The translations under genes were made by a program, and so were the position numbers. Positions 36,762 through 46,730 of a stretch of 64,000 bases of DNA are shown one piece after another. The notes beneath the pieces are model-generated. The model did no database searches. It was not told where the DNA came from and saw nothing but the letters and a program-made list of their open reading frames with translations. This DNA comes from an uncultured Gemmatimonadales bacterium. Lineage in GTDB: Bacteria > Gemmatimonadota > Gemmatimonadetes > Longimicrobiales > RSA9. Position 1 is the first letter of the stretch. Each line of letters begins with the position of its first letter. Where the stretch lies: contig OY970192.1 of the NCBI GenBank assembly GCA_963708135.1, positions 448,001 through 512,000 of the forward strand, given 5' to 3'.

Positions 36762-39700
36762 ATGCCGAATAGCACCGACGACAGGGAACAGCCGCAGGGC
36801 GGCGACTTCTTCAAAGGCGACATTCGTAGCGGCCTAGAGACAATCCGTCGCCGTCTGCTCGATCCATCGAACCGTAACCGGCTGCTGAACTTCCGGCACC
36901 GAGACCGCTCGAAATCCATGCTCCGCGTGGTGGACGAGGTGCCGGATCACGTCTTCTCCGTTCTTCTCGATGGTAAGTCGATGCGGTTTCGGCCGGTACC
37001 TCAGCCCAGACGCCAAGACTGGGTGCTCGATGGGCCGGAGGGGTCAGGAGACAACGGGCACACACCGCGCGCGTACCAAGCTCCGCGGTTGAAACCCCCA
37101 ACGGCCAGGGAATTCGCTGAGAAGAATGGAATTCCCACATCCTTTGACCTGTCTACGAAGGCGTACACGAAGGGAGACCGGCTTCCAGCTCGGCACGCCG
37201 ACAGAGAGATGCAGACGCTGCACTTCCCGGAGGATCTCGAGGGCGTGCTGCGCTCCATAGCTGGCGCGGCTCGCCTCGCGATTGAAGAAACTGGCACGAA
37301 CATGTTGTACGTCGCCATGGGCTTTCTCGAGTGGTACGACAGCGACGCATCCGATCAGGCGCGGTTCGCACCGGTTGTGCTTTTTCCCGCCAGGTTAGAG
37401 CGGGGGGCTCCCGACCCGCAGACTCATGTCTATCGATACTCGGTCCAACATTCGGGCGAGGATATCCTCGCCAACATATCGCTTCAGGAGAAAATGAGGC
37501 GTGATTTCGCGCTTGAGTTCCCAGATTTCGACCAGGAGGAGGACACACCCGAGCACTACTTCCAGGTCCTCGATCTGATAATCAAGCGGCACGGTCGCTG
37601 GCGCGTGCGGCGGCAGATGACGCTGGCGTTGCTCGCCTTCGGCAAGTTGCTGATGTACCGGGACCTCGACCCGGACACATGGCCGCAGGGAAAGCGGCCA
37701 GAAAACCATCCGCGGCTTCGGGAGTTCTTCGAGGGAATTCAACAGGAGGAAATCGGAATCGCTCCCGACTACCCTCTTGACGGCCTCCAACCGCGAGGGC
37801 GGATTCCGATCATCATCGATGATGCAGATGCTTCCCAGCACAGCGCGCTGATCGATGCCGTCGAAGGCAAGAACCTAGTCATCCAGGGGCCGCCCGGTAC
37901 TGGGAAATCTCAAACGATCACAAACCTCATCGCAGTCACGATTGCGGCTGGAAAGTCGGTCCTGTTCGTAGCGGAAAAGCTCGCCGCACTCGAAGTGGTT
38001 CGGGATCGCCTCAACCGAGCAGGCCTGGGAATCTTCTGTCTAGAGCTCCACAGCCACAGGACCCGGAAACGCGCTCTCATCGAGGACATTAAGGCGCGGA
38101 TTGAGGCTCACGGCCAGTTTCGCGAGCCGGACCGGCTGAGAGGGTTGCGGGAATTTTGGGAGAGGACGAAGCGGCAGTTGATCGAGTACGCGGAGCTGGT
38201 CAACTCGCCGTGGGGTCAGCTCGGCAACACCATTCACGAATTGCTTTGGTGGTGCCGCCGTCGCAAGACCGAACTAGCCAAGACCGACGCTCTAGAACGC
38301 CTCACGCTCAGGAACGCAACCTCCATCACGGCGGCGGAGGCTGAGGAGCGCCGACAATTGCTCCGCGCCCTTGGCCGACATCTGACGCGGGTCTCGTCCA
38401 CGGGTGCAGTTTCACAACACCCCTGGTTTGGCGTGACCAATGCAGGCCTGGATTTTCTTTCGGCAGATGCACTGATCGCTGCGGTCGAGGAAGTTTACCG
38501 AGCCGCTGGTTCACTACTGGAATGGCGCGCCGGCGTGGAATCCGAGATAGGCGCCGAGGTCGCGGCCACTCCCAGGGCCGCCGTGGACCTCGCGCAATCA
38601 GCGGCCGCGCTCCCCGGCCCGCCAGACGGCATCCTTCCCGACATTCTCCCAGCGCTGAATGAGCCGTCGGTTGCTCGACACCTTGAAGAGTTCGACACAC
38701 GGCTTCGCGAGTACCGGGATCTTCGCGCCACGATCGTGGGAGAGCTCGGTGGTCTTCCGTCGTGGGACCCCACGATGCGTGGGCGCCTATCCGAAGCGGT
38801 TTCAACGCTCCTGAACGTGTTGAAGAGGGACTGGCAGTTCAAGGACGAACGCGGCGTTGTGGATCAGCTCACTGGTGCGAGCGGGGCTATACGGACAGCC
38901 TGGGTTGCAGCGGAGAAGCTATCGCGCTGCGTTGGCGAGGTTGTCCCTTTCACCACGGGATCTATCCGACTGTTGGCAGAGGCATTTGAAGGCCTGAGTC
39001 ACGCGCCCGTTTCATTGCTTCACCTGCGTCACGAGGGCTTGGAGTCTGTCTCTGCTCCAGGCGCACTTGAGGCGGCACTGCGTGAGGCAGCACCGCTTCT
39101 TAACATGCGCGATCGGCTTTCTCAGCGGTTTGCCCTGGAACTGGCGCCTGAACCCGCCGCTATGCGGCGGCACGCGGCCGCTGTGGCAACGTCGCATTGG
39201 TGGAGCTTCATCGACCCGGCATTTCGCTCGGCGCGAAGCGCTTACCTCACGATGTACCGCGATCGGGGGAAGCCGAAGAGAGCGGAGATCAAATCCGATC
39301 TCCAGGAATTCGCTGCATTTCAAGCAAGGGTGCAGGGATTTGCGGCCAATCGTTCCTACCAGGAGGTTGGCGGTAAGCATTTCCGGGGCATCGATACGCC
39401 GTTCGCCGATCTCGAAGCTGTCACCCGGTGGCGTGGGGAAATGGCTAGGCGGCTGCCGCCGGGCTCAGGGGACGTCGATCTTGGATACGCGCTGTGGCGC
39501 ACGGGGTCTGACCGGCTCGGACCGCTTGCAGCGGAAGCTGGCGATCTCGCAGCCCTCGTAGCGCGAGCTCGCAACGGAATCGGCGCCGCCTCCGAGCTGC
39601 TAAAACAGAGCTACGCGCCGGCTTCGGACAAGGATCTACGGGAGTTCAGCAGCGATTTGGCCTCGACCTGCGCCCGCCTTACTCTGGCCATCGAAGTGCT

Positions 39701-42197
39701 AGATGCGGCCGCCATTCCACCGACATTGCGTGTGGGGCGCATTCCGCCTTTGGTGGAAAGTGTGCGCGAACTCCACCGTCTTTGGAAAGCCCTCAACGAA
39801 GACCAGACCGCTGCGCGTGTTCTCGACGGACGGCTGCGTGAGGCGATTGACGACTTCGGACCCGTCGTCGCCACGCTCGCATTCCACGCTGATCTCGTCG
39901 CGTCAAATTTGTTGCCGCCGCTGAAACAGTGGCTCCTCGAGGCGGATGTGCTATCACGCTTGGCCACGTTGCGAGAGGTGGCGAGCGACGCGGGCCGCCT
40001 GGCCGTGGACTTCCAAGGAGCCTGGACGCGTCTCGAGAACCTGGCCGCGCTGGACCGTGCGGCGTGGTATCCTGATCTGGAAGTGGAACGCCAGGACGAC
40101 TTGAACAGCGTCAAGAGTAGAGCGGCGCGAGCGCTGGACGGACGCGATCGCCTCTTAGAGTGGTTGGACTATTTGCAGGCCAGGACTGCTGCGCGTGCTG
40201 CCCACCTGAACGCGATCGTCGAGGTGGGCGAGGCCGGAACCGTGACAGCGGACCAGCTCGTGCTCGCCTTCGATTTCATCCTGAGTAATTCCCTCGTGAA
40301 GGCCGCGTTTCGGCAGAAACCGGCTCTCGCTCAATTCAGCGGCCTCACGCATGAGCAACTTCGCGTGCGGTTCGGCGAGGTCGACCGCGAGATCATCAAG
40401 CTCGAGAGAGAGCGAGTAGGCGCACTTCTCGATCAGCGTCGCGTACCCATGGGAGTCGGAACTGGGCCGGTCAGGCAGTACAGCGAATACTCCCTCCTTG
40501 AACGAGAGATGGGGAAGCAGAAGCGACATATCCCCATACGACAGCTCATCTTGCGATCCGGCAAGGCACTCCAAGCTCTCAAACCGTGTTTCATGATGGG
40601 CCCGCTATCCGTCGCGCAGTACTTGCCGGCGGGCCAGCTCGAGTTCGACCTGCTGGTGATGGACGAAGCGTCGCAGCTCAAGCCCGAGGACGCCCTCGGT
40701 GCAATTTGCCGGGCCAAGCAAGTCGTCGTGGTCGGCGATCCGATGCAGTTGCCGCCGACGAGCTTCTTCGAACGAGTAGCTGACGACGACGAAGTGGAAG
40801 ATGAGAATGAGGCGCAGGCGCTGACGGATGCCGAGAGCATTCTCGATGTTGCCAGCCACCTCTATAGGCCGGCGCGGATGCTCCGGTGGCATTACCGGTC
40901 GCGGCACGGCAGCTTGATCGCTTTCTCGAATAGAGAATTTTATAACGGGAATCTCATTGTCTTTCCCTCCCCTTTGGGGCGTGGTCCGGAACTTGGCGTC
41001 AAGTTCGTTCATGTGCCGCACGCGGTTTACGAGAACCGCCGAAATGTCGTGGAGGCACGGACGGTCGTGGACCGAGTGTTCAGACACATGCGGAAGTACC
41101 CGGGGGACTCCCTGGGCATCGCGACCATGAACACGACTCAGCGAGACGTAATCGCGAATGAGATCGAGGAGCGGCTGAAGGCAGATCCTGCAGCAAAGGC
41201 ATACGTCGAGCGGCACGAAGGGGGGCTAGAGCCGCTCTTCGTCAAGAACCTCGAAAACGTTCAGGGCGATGAACGGGCAGTAATCTACGTCTCTGTCACC
41301 TACGGCCCGAATGAGAGGGGCAGCGTCTACCAGCGCTTCGGTCCAATCAATGGAGCCACTGGGCATCGTCGCTTGAACGTGCTCTTCACGCGCGCGCGTA
41401 AGCGCTTAGTCGTCTTTTCTTCCCTGCTTTCGGACCAGATCCGCGTCGAGTCAAACAGTAGGTGGGGAGTCCGGGCGCTGAAGGGCTATCTTGCCTTTGC
41501 ACAGACCGGTGTGCTTGAGCAGGCCAGCTTTACCGGCCGCGAGCCTGATTCTGACTTCGAGGTAGAGGTTGCCTCCGCGTTGCGTGAGCGGGGATTCGAG
41601 GTTGTTGCCCAGCTCGGGGTGGCCGGCTTCTTCCTTGATTTAGCCGTCAAACACCCCTACCGGCTGGACTCGTTCATTCTCGGCATCGAATGCGACGGAG
41701 CGAGCTACCATAGCACGCGTTCGGCTCGTGATCGCGACCGTCTTCGTCAACAGATCCTCGAGGATCTTGGGTGGAAGATCCGCCGGATCTGGTCCCCGGA
41801 TTGGTTCAAGAATTCCGGAGCGGAAGTCGAGCGGATTGTTCGTGAAATCGAGGAGCTTGCGGGGGAGCCGCCGACAGAAGGGACGGATGAAGGGCTGAGC
41901 GTCGGCGGTGAGGAGATCCAGGAGCCCGGAAGCGAAGCGCTCCTTCCGGCTCTATCGGTCGAAGAGGCGAGGGCTGAGCTGATCGCGCTACGGGAAAAGG
42001 TGATCAAGCCGGCCAATGCGCGAGAATCCGAATGTATCCTTCGAGATGAGATGATCACGGCGTTTCTTGCACAGCGGCCGCGTGATCGGAGTGAATGGAT
42101 CGACAGGATACCCATTGATCTCCGTATGGAGACTGACTTCTCTCAAACAGAATACCTAGACGCTATACTCTCTATAACCGGTAGGATTCGCAGTTGA
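36762..42197 (+). CDS. DUF4011-SF1 helicase-Vsr/MTES_1575-like nuclease (Hhe-type defence protein)
   Basis: LLDPSNRNRLLNF, IEETGTNMLY, DADASQ, QGPPGTGKSQTI, MDEASQ, HYRSRH, NLENVQGDER, RRLNVLFTRAR, GIECDGASYH, RDRDRLRQ; lower GC. Confidence 0.92.
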   Translation: MPNSTDDREQPQGGDFFKGDIRSGLETIRRRLLDPSNRNRLLNFRHRDRSKSMLRVVDEVPDHVFSVLLDGKSMRFRPVPQPRRQDWVLDGPEGSGDNGHTPRAYQAPRLKPPTAREFAEKNGIPTSFDLSTKAYTKGDRLPARHADREMQTLHFPEDLEGVLRSIAGAARLAIEETGTNMLYVAMGFLEWYDSDASDQARFAPVVLFPARLERGAPDPQTHVYRYSVQHSGEDILANISLQEKMRRDFALEFPDFDQEEDTPEHYFQVLDLIIKRHGRWRVRRQMTLALLAFGKLLMYRDLDPDTWPQGKRPENHPRLREFFEGIQQEEIGIAPDYPLDGLQPRGRIPIIIDDADASQHSALIDAVEGKNLVIQGPPGTGKSQTITNLIAVTIAAGKSVLFVAEKLAALEVVRDRLNRAGLGIFCLELHSHRTRKRALIEDIKARIEAHGQFREPDRLRGLREFWERTKRQLIEYAELVNSPWGQLGNTIHELLWWCRRRKTELAKTDALERLTLRNATSITAAEAEERRQLLRALGRHLTRVSSTGAVSQHPWFGVTNAGLDFLSADALIAAVEEVYRAAGSLLEWRAGVESEIGAEVAATPRAAVDLAQSAAALPGPPDGILPDILPALNEPSVARHLEEFDTRLREYRDLRATIVGELGGLPSWDPTMRGRLSEAVSTLLNVLKRDWQFKDERGVVDQLTGASGAIRTAWVAAEKLSRCVGEVVPFTTGSIRLLAEAFEGLSHAPVSLLHLRHEGLESVSAPGALEAALREAAPLLNMRDRLSQRFALELAPEPAAMRRHAAAVATSHWWSFIDPAFRSARSAYLTMYRDRGKPKRAEIKSDLQEFAAFQARVQGFAANRSYQEVGGKHFRGIDTPFADLEAVTRWRGEMARRLPPGSGDVDLGYALWRTGSDRLGPLAAEAGDLAALVARARNGIGAASELLKQSYAPASDKDLREFSSDLASTCARLTLAIEVLDAAAIPPTLRVGRIPPLVESVRELHRLWKALNEDQTAARVLDGRLREAIDDFGPVVATLAFHADLVASNLLPPLKQWLLEADVLSRLATLREVASDAGRLAVDFQGAWTRLENLAALDRAAWYPDLEVERQDDLNSVKSRAARALDGRDRLLEWLDYLQARTAARAAHLNAIVEVGEAGTVTADQLVLAFDFILSNSLVKAAFRQKPALAQFSGLTHEQLRVRFGEVDREIIKLERERVGALLDQRRVPMGVGTGPVRQYSEYSLLEREMGKQKRHIPIRQLILRSGKALQALKPCFMMGPLSVAQYLPAGQLEFDLLVMDEASQLKPEDALGAICRAKQVVVVGDPMQLPPTSFFERVADDDEVEDENEAQALTDAESILDVASHLYRPARMLRWHYRSRHGSLIAFSNREFYNGNLIVFPSPLGRGPELGVKFVHVPHAVYENRRNVVEARTVVDRVFRHMRKYPGDSLGIATMNTTQRDVIANEIEERLKADPAAKAYVERHEGGLEPLFVKNLENVQGDERAVIYVSVTYGPNERGSVYQRFGPINGATGHRRLNVLFTRARKRLVVFSSLLSDQIRVESNSRWGVRALKGYLAFAQTGVLEQASFTGREPDSDFEVEVASALRERGFEVVAQLGVAGFFLDLAVKHPYRLDSFILGIECDGASYHSTRSARDRDRLRQQILEDLGWKIRRIWSPDWFKNSGAEVERIVREIEELAGEPPTEGTDEGLSVGGEEIQEPGSEALLPALSVEEARAELIALREKVIKPANARESECILRDEMITAFLAQRPRDRSEWIDRIPIDLRMETDFSQTEYLDAILSITGRIRS

Positions 42198-42380
42198 AGG
42201 GCGCCGCTCGCGTGACCCGGAACCGCTTTATAATATGACGCACCGCCCTCTTGTGGGCGAAGGTGGGAGGCGTCCTCTGGCCAGGCAGCTTATCTCTTGC
42301 GTGATTCGCCGTTGGACGGTTAAGTGATCGGGGTGTTATCGTCGGTCGTATTCTATTCCTCAAATAGCTGGAGGCTACCG

Positions 42381-42935
42381 ATGAAGGTCTGCCCTTACTG
42401 CGCAGAAGAAGTGCAGGACGCGGCCGTCGTGTGCCGCCATTGCGGGCGTGCCCTGAAGGCCGGAAAGAGCAGAACGCTGCGTGGCATCGTGGGCAGTGGC
42501 GTCCTCATCGTGCTGCTTGGGATCGGGGGGCTGACCCTCCTCCGGGGCACGATTCAGCGTTCGCCTCTCGGCCATCTCGTCGTTACGCTGACGCCGGGCG
42601 AATCCGAAATTGCTCCACGGAACTACATGGAGTGGGCTTGGAGCGTTGACCCCCGCCGCCCCGACTGCCACGTCCATGCCGGCTTTCATGGGGTGGCAGG
42701 CGGGAACCGTGATTTCGAAGTCTATCTCTTCGACGGCAATGGCATGACCAACTGGAAGAACGGAACCCATCCGACCACATACTATAGCTCCGGCCGGGTT
42801 TCGGCTGCCACCGTGGATGCTGACATCCAGGGCAACGGACCAAAGTACCACCTCGTTGTGTCCAACGCCTTCTCTGTCGTCAGTTCAAAGACCGTCGAAC
42901 TCACGAGCGGACAGGTTACCTGCAGCGCTTTCTAA
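42381..42935 (+). CDS. Zinc-ribbon + single TM + extracytoplasmic beta-sandwich protein
   Basis: MKVCPYCAEE...CRHCG, hydrophobic segment, YHLVVSNAFS; GGAGG RBS. Confidence 0.8.
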   Translation: MKVCPYCAEEVQDAAVVCRHCGRALKAGKSRTLRGIVGSGVLIVLLGIGGLTLLRGTIQRSPLGHLVVTLTPGESEIAPRNYMEWAWSVDPRRPDCHVHAGFHGVAGGNRDFEVYLFDGNGMTNWKNGTHPTTYYSSGRVSAATVDADIQGNGPKYHLVVSNAFSVVSSKTVELTSGQVTCSAF

Positions 42936-43017
42936 AACCACTGGCGGTCTTGCTGCGGCACGCGCTTGCCGACGGCTTCTTCTCCGCCGCGACGAACCTT
43001 GCAGGGGGGTGAGGCAG

Positions 43018-43935
43018 ATGGCCGAGCCGTTGGACTTTGACCTCCGCCTCCGCCTCGCGGTCTTTGCCCACGTGGACAACCTCCGTCGGAAGGGCGGCGG
43101 CGTGGTCACCTCGGCCGCCCTTAACGAAGGCTTCACCTTCGAGGGCGAGCGGGTCCCGATCTGGAACTACCAGAAGGGCATTTTCCGCCCGGCGGCCCTC
43201 CGCGACAGCGGCGTCGCCCTCACCGTCCAGACCTCCTTCAAGAGCCCATATGCGGACCGCAGCGACGCCGGCGACGACCGGTTCGTCTACAAGTACCGGG
43301 GCAAGAACCCGGACCACCCGGACAACGTCGCCTTGCGACGTGCGATGGAGACGCGGCGGCCGATCCTCTACCTCGTCGCCGTCCAGCCGGGCGTGTACCA
43401 GCCGATCTTCCCGACGTACGTGGTGGGCGACGTGCCGGAGCAGCTCTCCTTCCTGCTGATCGCGGACACGATCGGCGCGGTCGCGGCCGGGGCGCTGGAC
43501 CCCGCCGATGACTGGCCGCTGAAGGCGTACGTGACGCGCGAGGTGAAGGCGCGGCTGCACCAGCATCGCTTCCGCTACCTGGTGCTGCGGGCGTACCGGG
43601 AGCGGTGTGCGATGTGTCGCCTGCGGCACCCGGAGCTGCTCGATGCGGCGCACATCCGGCCGGACCGGGACGTGAGCGGGCTGCCGGAGGTGCCGAACGG
43701 GCTCGCGCTGTGCCGGATCCACCACGGCGCGTTCGACGTGGGGATCGTGGGCGTGGACGCGGACTACCGGGTGCACGTGCGAGGGGACGTGCTGGAGGAG
43801 ATCGACGGGCCGATGCTACGCCACGGGCTGCAGGAGCTCGACCGCGCGCGCCTCGCCGTGCCGCGCTCCGGGCGGCTCCAGCCCAACCGCGAGTACCTGG
43901 CGGAGCGGTTCGAGCGGTTCCGGAAGGCGGGGTGA
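43018..43935 (+). CDS. HNH endonuclease with SRA-like N-terminal domain (putative modification-dependent restriction)
   Basis: YKYRGKNPDHPDNVALRRAM, RLHQHRFR, CAMC, LDAAHI, NGLALCRIHHGAFD. Confidence 0.88.
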   Translation: MAEPLDFDLRLRLAVFAHVDNLRRKGGGVVTSAALNEGFTFEGERVPIWNYQKGIFRPAALRDSGVALTVQTSFKSPYADRSDAGDDRFVYKYRGKNPDHPDNVALRRAMETRRPILYLVAVQPGVYQPIFPTYVVGDVPEQLSFLLIADTIGAVAAGALDPADDWPLKAYVTREVKARLHQHRFRYLVLRAYRERCAMCRLRHPELLDAAHIRPDRDVSGLPEVPNGLALCRIHHGAFDVGIVGVDADYRVHVRGDVLEEIDGPMLRHGLQELDRARLAVPRSGRLQPNREYLAERFERFRKAG

Positions 43936-44063
43936 GGGCGAAGTCTGCCCGGCGGTTCCTCGCGTCCAGCTGAGCCTCCCGCCTTGATAGAGTCGGGCCC
44001 CGGCGTGCATGTTGTGGCCCGTCGGTGACTCGCGCCGGACAACGAAAGGACCCGAGAGCCCTG

Positions 44064-44363
44064 ATGCGCAGCCTTCCAATCGAGATCCCGCTCGGCCGAC
44101 TGGCCGATATCTGCCGGAGGTATCGGATCGCCCGGCTGGCGGTGTTCGGCTCGGTGCTGCGGGAGAGCTTCGGCCCGGAAAGCGATGTTGACGTGCTCGT
44201 CGAGTTCGAGCCGGGCCATACTCCCGGATTTGAGTTCTTCGCCATCCAGGAGCAGTTGGCGGGGCTGCTCGGACGGCCGGTGGATCTCCACACGCCTGCG
44301 TTCCTCAGCCCGTACTTCCGCGACGAGGTGCAGAGAGACGCTGAAGTCCTCTATGCCGCCTGA
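44064..44363 (+). CDS. Minimal nucleotidyltransferase (MNT) antitoxin
   Basis: LAVFGSVLR...ESDVDVLVEF, GRPVDL. Confidence 0.92.
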   Translation: MRSLPIEIPLGRLADICRRYRIARLAVFGSVLRESFGPESDVDVLVEFEPGHTPGFEFFAIQEQLAGLLGRPVDLHTPAFLSPYFRDEVQRDAEVLYAA

Positions 44364-44691
44364 CGAAGTCCGCCTCCGGCACATGCTCGACGCGGCCCGA
44401 AAGGCGGTCTCGTTCGCCCACGGGCGTACGCGCGCCGATCTCGACAGCGACGAGCAGCTCGCGCTCGCCCTCGTGCGTCTCCTCGAGATCCTCGGAGAGG
44501 CGGCGAAACAGGTCGGGAGCGCAACCCGCGACGCGCACGCGGATATTCCCTGGAAAGAGATCGCCGGCACCCGCGATCGACTGATCCACGGTTACTTCAA
44601 CGTTGACCTCGATGTGGTGTGGACGATCGTCGATTCGGACTTGCCACCGCTCGTGCGACGACTCGAGGACCTCATCGGGCCCGAGGCCTGA
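44353..44691 (+). CDS. HEPN (DUF86) RNase toxin
   Basis: LEILGEAA, IPWKEIAGTRDRLIHGYF (RX4HXY); overlaps MNT gene. Confidence 0.92.
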   Translation: MPPDEVRLRHMLDAARKAVSFAHGRTRADLDSDEQLALALVRLLEILGEAAKQVGSATRDAHADIPWKEIAGTRDRLIHGYFNVDLDVVWTIVDSDLPPLVRRLEDLIGPEA

Positions 44692-44717
44692 TGTCCGGGA
44701 GCGCGCGGCAGACTAGC

Positions 44718-45131
44718 ATGGCATCAGAGCGAAGGGACCGATCCGGTGCCTGCGCGTTCTGCCACCCCTCCACCCCCATCCTCCGCGCCCAAGACACGGC
44801 CCTCGCCTTCGCGGACGCCTTCCCCGTCTCCCCCGGCCACACCCTCGTCGTCCCCACCCGCCACGTGGCGAGCCTCTTCGAGCTGGCGCCGGACGAGTGG
44901 GACGCGGTCTGGCGGCTCGTCGCCGAAGTTCGGCGGGACCTCGCCGCGGCGGGCGGCATCGACGGCTTCAACATCGGCGTCAACGATGGCGCTGCGGCGG
45001 GGCAGACGGTCGGTCACGCGCACGTCCACATCATCCCGCGCCGCATGGGGGACGTCCCGGATCCGCGCGGAGGCATCCGGGCCGTGATCCCCGAACGAAC
45101 GGCGTGGTGGGCGGATGACGCCCCTGCGTAG
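44718..45131 (+). CDS. HIT family nucleotide hydrolase
   Basis: CAFC, FPVSPGHTLVVP, AAGQTVGHAHVHIIPR. Confidence 0.92.
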   Translation: MASERRDRSGACAFCHPSTPILRAQDTALAFADAFPVSPGHTLVVPTRHVASLFELAPDEWDAVWRLVAEVRRDLAAAGGIDGFNIGVNDGAAAGQTVGHAHVHIIPRRMGDVPDPRGGIRAVIPERTAWWADDAPA

Positions 45132-46305
45132 CCGCCACGCGGACGAGCGCGGGCCGATCGCGCTCGCCGAGAAGATCCTCGCCCTGCTCGACGAGGGCCG
45201 CTTCACGGCCACGTACAAGTACGCCGTGCTGCTCGCGCTCATGGACGTCTGTCTCGAGAACACCTCCGCGACGGGCGCGGCGCCGGAGATGATCACCACA
45301 CGACAGCTCGCCGAGGCCGTCGTCAACATCTACTGGCCGCATACCGCTCCCTTCCGGATCGCGCCCTCGCCGAAGGTGCTCCTCCAGAACGCGGGGCGAC
45401 GCGAGAGTCAGGCGGAGATCATCCGCGCCATTGCGGTCTTCCGGCACAGGAGCGCGCCCGATCCGTCCACGCCCCTGCTGCGGGCCCGGACGGGAGCGCG
45501 TGCGGCCTTCGAGCGGCTCCTCCGCACGGTCGAATGGAAGCTGATCGAGATGCCGCTGCCGAGGCTCCAGCGGTTCGGTCGACGCGAGGACCGGTTCCTC
45601 TACTCGATCGGCTGGGATCAGCACATTCGCGTTGGCGAGGTCCGCGAGTACCAGAAGGGAAGCCGGAGCTCGTTCGACAACCGGATCCACCTCGCCCCCG
45701 GCGTCGGCGATGGCCTCGTCGTGCTGAACGGGCTCCTGCGGCCGTTGATCCACCGGCAGTGGGCGGGGCTCGTCGCCCGGCTGAACGGACTCGAGGAGTC
45801 GCGGCTCGAGGAGTTCCTCTTCGGCCCCCGCCGAATTCCACTCGACCCGGTGCGATTGCCGCTCCAGGAGCTGCAGGCCGACCGGTGCTTCTATTGTGGG
45901 GAGCGACTTCGCGACGCAGATGGTTATCGGCCGCACGTCAACCATTTCGTGCCATGGGCGAGGTACCCGAACAACGCGATCGAAAACCTGGTCGTGGCGC
46001 ACGAGCGGTGCAACACCAACAAGCGCGATCACCTCGCGGCGGCGGATCACGTCGAGCGCTGGCGGTCGCGTTTCGGGGATTCGAGCGGCGGGGCGGGTGC
46101 CGTCGCCGACATCGCCTCGAGGGCCGGATGGGAAACCGACCCCGAGCGGAGTCTCGGGGTGGCACGCGGCGTGTACCTGCCGCTGCCGGAGGCGTTTCCG
46201 CTGTGGCTGCGGACCGAGATGTTCGTGCCCTGTGACCGCGAGCAGGTGGCCTCCGCGCTCGCGGATAGCCACCCTTCTCCAGACATCGAGCGCCCATACG
46301 GCTGA
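45115..46305 (+). CDS. HNH endonuclease coupled to HIT gene
   Basis: ATYKYAVLLAL, CFYCG, HVNHFVPW, NLVVAHERCN; overlaps HIT 3' end. Confidence 0.85.
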   Translation: MTPLRSRHADERGPIALAEKILALLDEGRFTATYKYAVLLALMDVCLENTSATGAAPEMITTRQLAEAVVNIYWPHTAPFRIAPSPKVLLQNAGRRESQAEIIRAIAVFRHRSAPDPSTPLLRARTGARAAFERLLRTVEWKLIEMPLPRLQRFGRREDRFLYSIGWDQHIRVGEVREYQKGSRSSFDNRIHLAPGVGDGLVVLNGLLRPLIHRQWAGLVARLNGLEESRLEEFLFGPRRIPLDPVRLPLQELQADRCFYCGERLRDADGYRPHVNHFVPWARYPNNAIENLVVAHERCNTNKRDHLAAADHVERWRSRFGDSSGGAGAVADIASRAGWETDPERSLGVARGVYLPLPEAFPLWLRTEMFVPCDREQVASALADSHPSPDIERPYG

Positions 46306-46306
46306 A

Positions 46307-46612
46307 ATGGACTACGACCTCCGCCTCCGCCTCGCCGTCTTCGCTCACGTCGACCGCCTCCGGACCCAGGAGGGCGGCGTCGTCACCGCCGCGGCCCTCA
46401 ACGAGGGCCTGCTCTTCGAGGGCGAACGCATCCCGATCTGGAACCAGCAGAAGGGGATCTTCCGGCCGGCGGCCCTCCGCGACAGCGGCATCGCGCTCAC
46501 CGTCCAGACGTCGTTCAGGAGTCCGTACGCGGATCGCGCCGAGGCGGGCGACGATCGGTTCGTCTACAAGTACCGTGGGCGGGATCCGGAGCATCCGGAC
46601 AACGTCGCCTTG
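46307..46612 (+). pseudogene. 5' fragment of a second SRA-HNH copy
   Basis: MDYDLRLRLAVFAHVD...PDNVAL, closely matching 43033-43335. Confidence 0.9.
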
Positions 46613-46691
46613 GGAGAGATTGAGCCTGGCCGCGCGGATTCCCGCCATTCGGGGTGCGGGTTTACGGCGAGAGCGGCGTGGTACGGGACAT

Positions 46692-46713
46692 TGTCGTTGC
46701 ACGGTTGTATAGT
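46692..46713 (+). promoter_or_regulatory. Candidate PafBC-type (RecA-NDp-like) promoter
   Basis: TGTCGT-N10-TATAGT, 17 bp before ATG 46731. Confidence 0.55.
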
Positions 46714-46730
46714 AGGCGCTCACCTGTCCC

